From assembly GCA_904063045.1 (NCBI GenBank), contig CAJFCJ010000005.1, positions 821,988 to 885,987 of the forward strand: a DNA stretch of 64,000 bases, in the 5' to 3' direction. Each line of letters starts with the position of its first letter. Position 1 is the first letter of the stretch. Position numbers and translations under genes: made by a program. The stretch comes from Dimorphilus gyrociliatus. Its lineage: Eukaryota > Animalia > Annelida. Positions 52,701 through 64,000 of this stretch are shown piece after piece. The notes under the pieces were generated by a model. It ran no database searches, was not told where the DNA came from, and saw only the letters and a program-made list of their open reading frames with translations.

Positions 52701-55700
52701 GGACAAGAATTTACTACCCCCTCAAACAGTGAACAGGGAACAACATCATCTAGTGAAGGACAAGAATTGACTACTGGCGGACAAGGCATAACCTCTACTG
52801 AAGGTGAAGCAGCAATTACCACAGGTGTTAATTCGACAACAACTGAAGAAATTCTAGGTATGAACTTCATAAAATTGAAGAGTTTTCATAGTTCAGAATA
52901 GATTTAACTTTGAAATTTTTTAAATAAGAATGTAGAAACTTTACGGAATATCCTGACCGTTTCCTCAGGGGATACACTATTAAACAACACCATAGAAGTA
53001 CGATAGAAGATTGCAAAGAGCTGTGTGCTGTTGATGATAACTGCAAGTAAGTAAAAATTTTCTTGAAATGATGTAATCTTTTTTTATAATAATTAGAATA
53101 ATTTAATGGAGAAGAGTGAAATTAGGAGATATTTGTTATACTTTATTAAATTAGCTTTCCTTTACTAATAGTTTTGGTAGTTAAAGTAAACTAATGATGC
53201 CTTTTGCTTTTTATTTGTGAAACAGGGCAGTATCGTTTTATATTCCAGGAAAGTCTTGTTATCTTCACAGTGAATCCAAATTTACAGCGGCAAAAAGTTT
53301 CTGGTTTTTTGAAAATTATATTTATTTTCACAAATCATGTAACTTTGACGACGGTAAGAAACAGTTAATTAACTTTAACAGTTACAATAGTTTCTTGCTA
53401 TTTCTTATCTTTTCTAAAAAGTTTGCCAAACTATGGATGTATACGAACAAAGATATTTTACTACAACAAATTTAGCGGTAAAATCCGGCCAAACTATTGA
53501 CAGTTGTAAACAAATGTGTATTGATACAAAGAGCTGCAAGTGAGTGTTTTAAACTCTAAACATTGTAATAATCTTAACTGTTTCAACTGCAATTCTCTTT
53601 CAGATCAGCAACATACTATAAGAACAATAAATATTGTTACCTATTCAAAGAGTCAAAAGATACAATGCCAAATAGATATTTAATCAACTTGAATGCCGTT
53701 TACATGCAAAGATCGTGTGAAAATGAGACAAGTATGTAGTTTTAATAACTTTAAATAATTCTATAAAGATAAATATCTCATAAATTATTCATTTAAAAAC
53801 AGGATGCGAAGGATTTGATCAACATACAGATAGATATTATTCTGGCAATTTTAGAACATATGTTAAAGGTGTCACACTAGACGTTTGTAAAAGGATTTGC
53901 GGAGAAGACAACACTTGCCAGTAAATTTTTAAAAAACGTTTTAGATTTGTTTAACAATCTAATTGAAATGATTCCGACAGATCTGTCAACTATTACACAA
54001 GTGGAAAGTTTTGCTATATCAATAATGGAATAGCTGTTCAAAAACCAGAAAAATATAAAGTAAGCAAAGGAAAAATCTATTTACAGAAAAATTGTGGACC
54101 GAAAAATGAACGCAGTAGGTTTCCTCAAGACAAAGCCATTTCAATTGAAAGTATATATTCAGATAATAATCTATCCGTTTCTCCTCATCTACAGATTGTA
54201 CGTATACCGAATACAAGGATAGAAAGCTTAATAGCTTTAATATTGGGTTTGTTAGCGGAAAGACATTGGAAGATTGTCGGAAATTATGCGAGAATGACGT
54301 AGTGAATAGATGCAAGTTTGTGTCGAAGATATTCTATACGTCATTTAATGTTTTTAATAATTTCCCTTAAAATTTTTATATTATAGATCTGTAAGCTTTA
54401 GAACATCAAATGGAAATTGTTATTTACACTACGAATCTAAAGATACAAAGCCAAACAATTATAAAACAGCAACAAAACACATTTACGTTCAAATAACGTG
54501 TAAACAGGAAGAACGTAAGACAATTAAGATATTTTAGATATTATTGACAAACCTTATCGTATTGAACTATGTATACACTATCATTTACAGGTTGTGAAAA
54601 TATTATTGAGTACCAAAGTAGATACTTAGCTTCGCACTATTCCAATTATATTGGTCAACAAACTCTGGAAAGTTGTAAGACATTGTGCAAAGAAGATACA
54701 TTTTGCAAGTAAGTGATTAATCCCCTCCTATTATCATTCCTTGATTCTTTAATTCTTCTTCTTTCATCTTCTTTCCATTTGATTTTTCTTTTACTAGATC
54801 TGCTAATTATTATTCATATAATAAATACTGCTATTTGAATTACGAAACTAAGGATACGAAACCTAACTATTATAGAGCCTATAATAGAATAACTTATTTA
54901 CATAAAGATTGTAATGAAGAGAAAAGTCAGTAGCCTAGTTTTATCTTAACAAAATCAAAAGATTGCCTTTTCAAAAATAGATTGTACTGAATTGATTGAA
55001 TATCAAGATCGATATTTCTCTGGCTATCGCATTTCTACACTTGGACAACAAACATTGAATAGTTGTAAAGAAATGTGCGCAAAAGATAAAGAGTGCAAGT
55101 ATGTAATTAATTGAAAATTTTGGCTATTTGAGAAAGAGAAGGGAAGAGAGAGGCCGATTGATTAATAAAAAATAGCCAGACATGTTAAATAATTTTCAAT
55201 TAAAATGCCTTCGTCGTTTTACAGAGCAGCGACCTTTTACATTCCGAGCAAGTACTGCTATCTTCATAGAGAATCGAAGAGTACAAAGCCAAATAATTTG
55301 TGGTATTATAAAAATTACGTCTACATGCATAAGTCTTGCGATAAAGAAGAAGGTAGGAAACAATTGGCAAAAAATAACATTTTGTAATAACCTACTTTTT
55401 AATTTCGTATCGTTTCTGAAAGTTTGCGAAAATATGGATGAATTTGAAAATAGATATATAAGTGGAAATTTAATAGCATATATAGGACGACAAACTATTG
55501 ACAGTTGTAAAAAATTGTGTACTGATGACCAGAAGTGCAAGTAAGCTCTTTAAAACTCGAAATATTCTCTCCTATTATGAATTCATGTACACATACATTA
55601 ATCTTATCCTTATCTATCTTATTCAGATCAGCAACCTACTACAATAACAATAAATATTGTTACCTTCACAAAGAGTCAAAAAATACTGTACCAGAAAATA

Positions 55701-58700
55701 ATTATCTATTGAGTGTGAATACAGTCTATTTACATAAATCATGCGAAAATGAGACAAGTACGTACTTTTAAAAGTCTATTTACACTTTTACAAAGATCAA
55801 TTCGAAAACAGGATGCGAAGAATTCGACGAATATCCAAATAGATATTTTCAAGGAACTTATGGAAGATATCTTAATGGCCAAACATTAGAAAGTTGTAAA
55901 AAGATTTGTGGAGAAGATAACACTTGCCAGTAAGTTTTTTCAACTCTTTCTTTTTGTCTATTAATGAATTAATTTTGTAATTAAAAATTAACTCAACAGA
56001 TCCGCCAACTTTGATAAAAATCGTAAAACGTGTTATATCAATAGAGAATTAATTAGTGAAAAGCCAAACAAATTCCTGATATCAACTAGCTATGTGTTTT
56101 TAAAGAAAAACTGTGGACCGAAACCCAAACACAGTATAATACTCTACTTTTACATTCAATAGCTAATGAGTACATGGTTTTAATATATTGTTTATCTACC
56201 ATGCAGATTGTACATTCACAAACTTTAGCAATAGACTACTTAATAGCTATAATATTGGATCAATAGCTGGTCAAACATTAGAAAGTTGTAAGAAAACATG
56301 CGAAGATGATTTAGCGAATAGATGCAAGTTTGTGTTTTATACTAATATATATTAATATCTTTAATTCGTTCAAGTTTCATACTTTCCCTCATACTTTGCC
56401 TTTTAGATCTGTAAGTATTTTAAAAAGAAGTGGACACTGCTACTTCCATTACGAATCTAAAGATACTAAACCAAACAATTATAAAACATCAAATGGCTAT
56501 AATTATCTTCACAAAACATGCGAAGAGGAAGATGGTAAGGCGTTGATTATTATTTTCATTTAATTTAGAGGATATTCCATATTTTAATAAACACAAACAA
56601 ACAATACTTTTACAGCTTGTAAACAACTTGTTGAATATCCAGATAGATACTTAACTTCTTTCTATTCTAATTATATTAGTCAACAAACACTGGAAAGTTG
56701 TAAGAACATATGTAGAGATGATACATTATGCAAGTAAGTCTTTATTGTTTTATCGTTTATTGTTTTATCGCTCTCTTTTAAATTTTATCAACAGATCGGC
56801 TAATTACTATTCGTATAATAAATACTGTTATTTAAATTACGAAACCAAGGATACGAAACCAAACTATTTTAAAGCCTATAACAAAATAATTTACTTACAC
56901 AAAACATGCGAACCTAACAATGGTTAACATTGGTCTTTCCATTCAATTTTGTTACAATAACAATAGATATTTTTTTTAGCTTGTATGAACTTTACATTAT
57001 ACTCTCAACGACGTTTAAATGGATACTATTGGACATATATTGGCCAACAAACGCAGGAAAAATGTCAAAAAATGTGCGGATTAGATGAAACCTGCAAGTT
57101 AGTCTTATCATATTTATAAATATAGTTTTATTTTTAAAAAGCAAACATCTGCAAATAGGGCTGCAAGCTTTAACTCTCGAAATAATTATTGTTATCTACA
57201 TAAAGAATCTAAATCTACTAAGCCACGTTCTTATATAACTGCTACTGGATGGACCTATTTACATAAGCAATGCGAAGATGTTGAACAAAATCGTTTGTTG
57301 TTTCTAAACAATTCGATCACATTAAACTCTCTTTGGTTATTATCTTTCCAGAATGTGAATTTGTTCGTTTCCCAACAAGGTATTTAGTGTCTAATGATAG
57401 ATCAACTCTGGCACGGCAAACTGAAGAGTCTTGCGTAAAAGCATGCAGGGAAGATGACGTTTACAATTGCTCGTATATATCATTTGTTCATAGTTTTAGA
57501 TACATTTAATCACGTGATATATTTAAAGATCCGTTGACTTTAACACCGCGAACAAATATTGCTATTTAAACAAAGGAAATAAAGACACAAAACCAGCAAG
57601 TTTCAGATATGCCGATGGCTGGGTATATTATCAAAGACTTTGCAAAAAAGAAAGTATGTTTGAACCAATAACTTTCACACTTTACTAAGTATTTTTAAAT
57701 TGAAGATATAACAAGCTGCACACGTTATGATGCTTATCCAAAAAGAACAATAACAGCTTACACACTGGCAACAGCAACGAAATATACAATTGAAATGTGT
57801 GCCAATCTATGTAACAGAGACGTCAAATGCTTGTATGTGTAATTTTGTCCCCCTATACAAAGACAAACAAACAAAACTAATATTTAATATTAACTAATCA
57901 ACAAATTTCAGATCATTTGATTTCGTAAACAAGACAAAGACATGTTACCTTAAATCAGAATCAAAAGATACAAAGTACAATTACTTCAAAGCAAATATTA
58001 ACTATATTCATTATCATAAAAATTGTGAAGAAGAGACAAGTAAGAAACAGTCATGTTTTCAGTGAAGATTTCCATAACTTCTTCTATCATTTCAGAATGT
58101 ACCGATATCCAAGAATCGCCTTCGAGATATATGAATGCCTACATACATACTTCAGTAGTAACAGATAGTTTAGAAGAATGTAAACAACTTTGTGCTCAAG
58201 ATCGAAACTGCTCGTAAGCATTAGATTCATTTATATATTTTCCAAAAATTTTCTCCTTTAACACGAAGTTTATCATCTTTCTTACTAGTGCCGGATATTT
58301 TGTCAAGTCTTCCAAATCTTGTTCAATAAGTCTTTACAACAAATATGATAAACCAGCCTACTGGAAACTGGCCGCGGGATATATATATATTCATAAGAAT
58401 TGCTCTGTTCAACCAAAAGAAGGTCAGATATTTCTATACAGTTCATATTTAACAAGATAAAGTTAGTAACTATGAAAAGTTCAATTAAAAGTAACAAATG
58501 CACAGATTGCAAATTTGATGAGTATCCGAGAAGATACCTCAGAGGATATGACAGCGGAAGTGTTAAAGTTGAAAGTAAAGATGATTGTTGGAAAATATGC
58601 GAACAGGATGATATTAAACATTGCAAGTCAGTTAATTTCTTCAAATGTTGCTATTTTTCGCTTATTTAACATTTACAAACATTCTCTTGAAATTTAAAGA

Positions 58701-61700
58701 GCCGCTGATTTCAATGGAAACAACAATATGTGTTATCTAAATTCTGGTACAAAGGATACATACAAAACTGCATTTTTAATTGCCAATAAATGGTCATATT
58801 TCCAGAAAAACTGTGGAGAAAAGCAAGGTAACGTTATTCTTTTATTAAACACTACAAGATTAAAGCGTTATCAATATTTACTCAGGATGTGGACAATTTG
58901 AAACATTCCCCATGAGATACTTGAATGGTTTTGACCAAGCGTCAATATCGGGAATAACAAAAGAAGAATGCGAAAAAATGTGTGCACCAGATAAAAATTG
59001 CTTGTAAGTAATCTGAAAAAAGTCAACATCAATTCAATCTTTTCAAAAAATCATGACAACAAATTTAGATCATTTGACTACAACATTCCATCCAAATATT
59101 GTTATTTGAACCTTGAAACGAAAGATACAAAATATTCATCCTACATTGCAAACAAAAACTTTGAATATAATCATAAAATATGCAAAAACGAAACAAGTAA
59201 TTTATTAAACACAAACAAAATATCAAATTGAATAATCAATCATTTCTTCCTATTCTTTCAAAAAGGATGCGAACAATTCGAAACATTCAAAAACAGATAT
59301 TTATATTTAAATGACTTGACAAATGTTGTCACTTCAACAGCAGATCAATGTCAACAACTTTGTGCTAAAGATAAAAAATGCCCGTAAGTTTTCAGTTCCC
59401 TAATCAGAAATTAATCTACAAAGTTTCTTGTCAAAAGTTCCGTCGATTATTATATTCCTTCGAAAACCTGTTACATTAATCTGAAATCGAAAGAAACGGC
59501 CAGGAAATCATATTTGGCAAACACAAACTACATTTATCTTCATAAATCTTGTAAAAATGAAGAAAGTAATATTATTTAAAAAATCAAACGCTTTACTGAC
59601 TAATTTATGACATTTATATCCAGGATGCGAGAAAATATTGGAATACGAAAACAGATATTTGAATGGTTTCCAATTGACAAATGTTGGAAAACAAACTCTG
59701 GAATCTTGTAAACAAATGTGTATAAAAGATAAAGATTGCAAGTTTGTGATCCGAAAAGTCTTTATGTTTTCATTTTATAACGAATTGAAATTTTGAACAG
59801 ATCAGCTGATTTTAACACTGCAAATAAGTATTGTTATATAAGAACTGAAACGAAAGATTCAAAGCCGACTTCATATTTGGCGTCCTCTTCTTATATTCAT
59901 TTAGAAAATAATTGCGAAGTTGAAGAAAGCAAGTTTTTCAACTAAACTCTTCTGTTACTTAACATATATTGAAATTTGCATTTACAGGATGTGAAAAGTT
60001 TCAACATTTTACACAAAGACGAATGAATGGTTATTCACGAACCAACTTGTTGGTGAAGGATTTTGAAGAATGTAAGAAATTATGTGCTGAAGATAAGAAT
60101 TGCCCGTAAGTTCTTTATTCATTTGATTGTTTTCTCTATTTGACCAGTTTCCATTTGACTCTTTAATTACAGTGCAGCTGGATTTAATAATGCAAATAAA
60201 TATTGCTACTTGTACTATGAAACGAGATACACGAAGCCTTCTGCATACATCATTACTGCCAGCTGGGAATATATTCATAAGAACTGTAATGAAACTGTAA
60301 AAGATAGTGAGTAGCATTATATTGTTCCTATTGAGTTAGTATATTAATTACACGAAAAACCAGATTGCACGTCGGAGAGACATTTAACAAGATATTTGAG
60401 AGGAAATGACATAACATATGTCGCTGGACAAACTGAAGAATCATGTAGAAAATTATGTGAAGAAGACGATGTCACTCATTGCAAGTGGGTGTTGACTTCG
60501 TTTAAAATTGATATATTCTAATCATTGTCAATTATCTTTTACTACTAAAAATCACTTTACAATTTTAATGTGGTTTAGATCTGCCGATTACAACTCTAAC
60601 AATAAATACTGTTACTTGAATAAAGAAACGAAAGAATCGAAATCCTCTGATTATCTCTATGCGAATGGATATGTTTATCTCGAAAGAACATGCAAGCCAT
60701 CTGGTAACTTAATTCTTTTTGATTTCTACAGTTTTTTCAATGTATTACTTTTGACAAATCAGTCTATCCTGGATGCAAAAAGTATGATTCGTATCCAAGA
60801 AGATATATCACAGCTTATAATATAGTTTCGGCAACCAAATACACATTGGCAATGTGTATGGATCTCTGTAATAAAGATGAGAAATGCTTGTAAGTGACAA
60901 TTATCATTTCTTTACATCATTCTCAACAGCAATTGTTGTTTATAGATCATTTGATTTCTACAATAAAACAATGACATGCAACATAAAATCTGAATCGAAA
61001 GATACAAAGTACAGTTACTTTAAAACCGATGCCAATTCTGTTCATTATCATAAAAATTGTGAAGCAGAGACAAGTAAGAAATAGTGATGTTTTAAGAGAA
61101 GATTTTCATAAGTTCTCCTATCATTTCAGAATGTACCGATATTCAAGAATCACCATCGAGATATTTGAGTGCTTACATACATGCTTCGGTCGTAACGGAT
61201 AGTTTAGAAGAATGTAAAGAACTTTGTGCTCAAGATCGAAACTGCTCGTAAGCTTTAATTTTAAAGATATAAAAATAGACAATTATCCCTGTTGAATTGA
61301 AATTTTGCGTTTCAGTGCTGGATACTTCGTTAAATCTTCCAAATCGTGTTCCATAAGTCTCTTCAATAAATATGACAAACCAGCCTATTGGAAACTAGCT
61401 GCGGGATACATCTATATTCATAAGAATTGCTCAGTTCAACCAAAAGATGGTGAGTAAAATATTTTTTTGGCAATGATGGAATGTTTTTTTTTCCTGCGAG
61501 GTAGTGCACCAAGAAGTGATAATATCTTTCATAAATTGATATAGTTTTAAAGTATCTTTGGAAATTTTTTGTTCAATGCGTCTTAAGGTTTTCAAAGGCT
61601 TGTCAAATCGCCATGTTAAATTTAGATCATAGATTAGGTGGTATAGTTTTCAAAGTTGATTTTTTTGGTCGATGTGAAAGATATGGTGTGATATTTTTCT

Positions 61701-64000
61701 TTGAATTTTTTGATATTTCTCTGATGAAGAAACGATAGGCTTTTAAAGTCCATGTTGAACCAGTAGGAAGCGTAATGTAACGATTTTATAAATATCGAGA
61801 AGAGTGTAATGTTCTTATATATTGAACTTTATATTGAAATAGACAACAATATAAAGAAAGAAATTGTTTTTTGTTAATGAAAACAATATCTATTTAAAAA
61901 AAAGATGGAAATGTAAAAAAGTTTATAGAACATTTACTGAGTTTAGTAGTAGACAATTTGATTCTTAAAATCGAGGTGGTATTGATATATACTGTATATA
62001 TATCACTCACTATATACATATACTGTCAAGTTACCATGAAAAACTTTCGAGAAGAACGGATGACATTGTTGAAATTCAATTGAAAATAATTTGTACAATC
62101 ATATCTCTTCTCTTGTGGATATACTATACAGTACTATACGCTCAAAAATACCCATATTAAATATATGCAAAAAAGGAACAACACAAACAGAACTTGAGTA
62201 AAGAGAAAAGTAAATATGACAAAACACTTGCAATGTTTATCACTTTCTAATAAGAAAACAATTTATCATTTTCATTATCAATGATAGATTTAAAAATTTT
62301 AGGAATATTTAATCCTTTAATAATCGGAGAGAAATATTTACACTAAAAGTAAAAAAACGAAAGAAATCAATAATACATCGTCTCATCAATTAACTCTGAA
62401 TTGAAGAATACAAAGGTTAATCAATATTAATATTAAAAACACCAGTAACAACTACTTGTAGATTTATCAAATCAAAACATAACAAATCCCCAAAAATATA
62501 AACATTACATTAAAAAAAACAACTGTCACCAACTTTAATCTATCTTTTCCTAAACCCACTACAACTTTAAAATTATACAATAGATATTCTCAAAATTCAA
62601 AACGAACACTATTAAAAGATTGAATAATTTAATGTCATCATTAAGAACATTTCCAACAACAGATTGTAAATTTGATGAATATCCAAGAAGATATCTCAGA
62701 GGCTATGACAGCGAAAGTGTTAAAGTTGAAAGTAAAGACGAATGTTGGAAAATATGTGAACAGGATGATAATAAACATTGCCAGTAAGTTCGTCAAAAGA
62801 TTGATATTTCTGCATTTTCCACAAGGAACATTACCCAATGTTCTCTTAAAATATTTCAGAGCTGCAGATTTTAATGGCAATAATAACATGTGTTATCTAA
62901 ATTCTGGTACAAAGGATACATACAAAACTGCATTTTTAATTGCCAATAAATGGTCATATTTCCAGAAAAACTGTGGAGAAAAGCAAGGTAACGTTGTTCT
63001 GTTATTAAACATTACAAGATTAAAGCGTTATCAATATTTACTCAGGATGTGGACAATTTGAAACATTCCCCATGAGATACTTGAATGGTTTTGACCAATC
63101 TTCAATATCGGGAATAACCAAAGATCAATGTTTAGACATGTGTGCACAGGATAAAAATTGCTTGTAAGTAATCTGAAAAAACTAAACACCAATTCATTCT
63201 TTTCAAAAAATCATGACAACAAATTCAGATCATTTGACTACAACATTCCATCCAAATATTGTTATTTGAACCTTGAAACGAAAGATACAAAATATTCATC
63301 CTACATTGCAAACAAAAACTTTGAATATAATCATAAAATATGCAAAAACGAAACAAGTAATTTATTAAACACAAACAAAATATCAAATTGAATAATCAAT
63401 CATTTCTTCCTATTCTTTCAAAAAGGATGCGAACAATTCGAAACATTCAAAAACAGATATTTATATTTAAATGACTTGACAAATGTTGTCACTTCAACAG
63501 CAGATCAATGTCAACAACTTTGTGCTAAAGATAAAAAATGCCCGTAAGTTTTCAGTTCCCTAATCAGAAATTAATCTACAAAGTTTCTTGTCAAAAGTTC
63601 CGTCGATTATTATATTCCTTCGAAAACCTGTTACATTAATCTGAAATCGAAAGAAACGGCCAGGAAATCATATTTGGCAAACACAAACTACATTTATCTT
63701 CATAAATCTTGTAAAAATGAAGAAAGTAATATTATTTAAAAAATCAAACGCTTTACTGACTAATTTATGACATTTATATCCAGGATGCGAGAAAATATTG
63801 GAATACGAAAACAGATATTTGAATGGTTTCCAATTAACAAATGTTGGAAAACAAACTCTGGAATCTTGTAAACAAATGTGTATAAAAGATAAAGATTGCA
63901 AGTTTGTGATCCGAAAAGTCTTTATGTTTTCATTTTATAACGAATTGAAATTTTGAACAGATCAGCTGATTTTAACACTGCAAATAAGTATTGTTATATA
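49746..64000 (+). CDS. Giant secreted mucin/proteoglycan-like protein with at least 26 tandem PAN/apple domains (runs off the window, over 3100 aa so far)
   Basis: Exon 1 49746-52857 (signal MGNFQNFIFLILLLSTTLIQC + repeats, 1037 aa, phase 1). PAN exon pairs a/b: 52929-53046/53226-53353; 53422-53539/53604-53731; 53803-53920/53981-54114; 54195-54315/54387-54514; 54591-54708/54798-54925; 54981-55098/55225-55352; 55423-55540/55627-55757; 55812-55929/56000-56133; 56207-56327/56407-56534; 56616-56733/56795-56922; 56980-57097/57159-57292; 57352-57472/57529-57653; 57706-57832/57912-58039; 58096-58213/58289-58422; 58506-58626/58700-58827; 58886-59003/59069-59196; 59266-59383/59438-59565; 59624-59741/59801-59928; 59988-60105/60173-60306; 60364-60484/60579-60703; 60763-60889/60946-61073; 61130-61247/61316-61449; 62663-62783/62860-62987; 63046-63163/63229-63356; 63426-63543/63598-63725; 63784-63901/63961->64000. 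The frame is open throughout, with 6 Cys per complete domain. Confidence 0.9.
50061..52739 (+). repeat. Coding minisatellite: 47 x 57 bp (19 aa, consensus TTSS[S/G/N]E[G/E]Q[E/G][L/F]TTPSSGG[Q/E][G/E])
   Basis: 47 x 57 = 2679 bp with no indels; unit 48 starts at 52740 and degenerates. Higher-order periods of 228, 171 and 114 bp are visible. Confidence 0.97.
58731..64000 (+). repeat. Near-identical direct duplication (58731-59840 vs 62891-64000, offset 4160 bp) inside the PAN array
   Basis: Exons and introns match at a constant offset of 4160; by eye 59069-59840 and 63229-64000 differ at only one synonymous site (59676 G / 63836 A). Confidence 0.95.

Noticed and set aside
49808-52870. 1020-aa antisense ORF (PPDEGVVNSCPS repeats) overlapping exon 1 of the giant gene
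   Set aside because: An antisense stop in this frame would need T/CA, T/TA or C/TA across sense codon boundaries. In the 57-bp unit Gln codons always follow A-ending codons and Tyr is absent, so one stop-free unit amplified 47 times gives a long open frame automatically. It has no signal peptide or independent support.
52929-64000. Regular alternation of conserved and variable ~60-130 nt blocks, superficially like a repeat-spacer (CRISPR-like) array
   Set aside because: The conserved blocks are protein-coding exons bounded by AG/GT and the variable blocks are introns; the context is eukaryotic with no cas genes.
1-64000. tRNA, rRNA, snRNA or snoRNA genes
   Set aside because: No cloverleaf with A/B boxes, rRNA-like GC-rich segment or convincing C/D box pair was seen by eye; tRNAscan-SE and Infernal/Rfam would be needed to exclude them formally.

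Overview
AT-rich animal genomic DNA with very short (mostly 50-200 nt) GT-AG introns, consistent with a compact invertebrate genome; the species cannot be determined from the sequence. All gene models were built by hand from splice sites and reading-frame phase. Left to right: a complete 9-exon CBP/p300 gene (1019-8212, 1771 aa); a secreted 2-PAN/apple-domain gene (- strand); a single-pass membrane protein with a cadherin-like repeat; a ~14 kb gene-poor stretch with a Tc1 fossil; an intronless peptide-type class A GPCR; an internally deleted IR/DR Tc1 element with intact ends; a GNAT acetyltransferase; a delta/epsilon/theta-like GST; an ADAMTS Cys-rich+spacer-only gene; a secreted single-PAN micro-gene; and an intronless PAN+hemopexin gene. 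From 49746 to beyond the window end lies the most striking locus: a giant secreted protein. It has 47 perfect-length 19-aa Ser-Gly/Thr/Glu repeats (proteoglycan/mucin-like) followed by at least 26 PAN/apple domains. Each domain is encoded by a phase-1/phase-2 exon pair, arranged as 5+5+8+8 block duplications with a sharp homogenisation tract. No rRNA, tRNA or CRISPR array was recognised.
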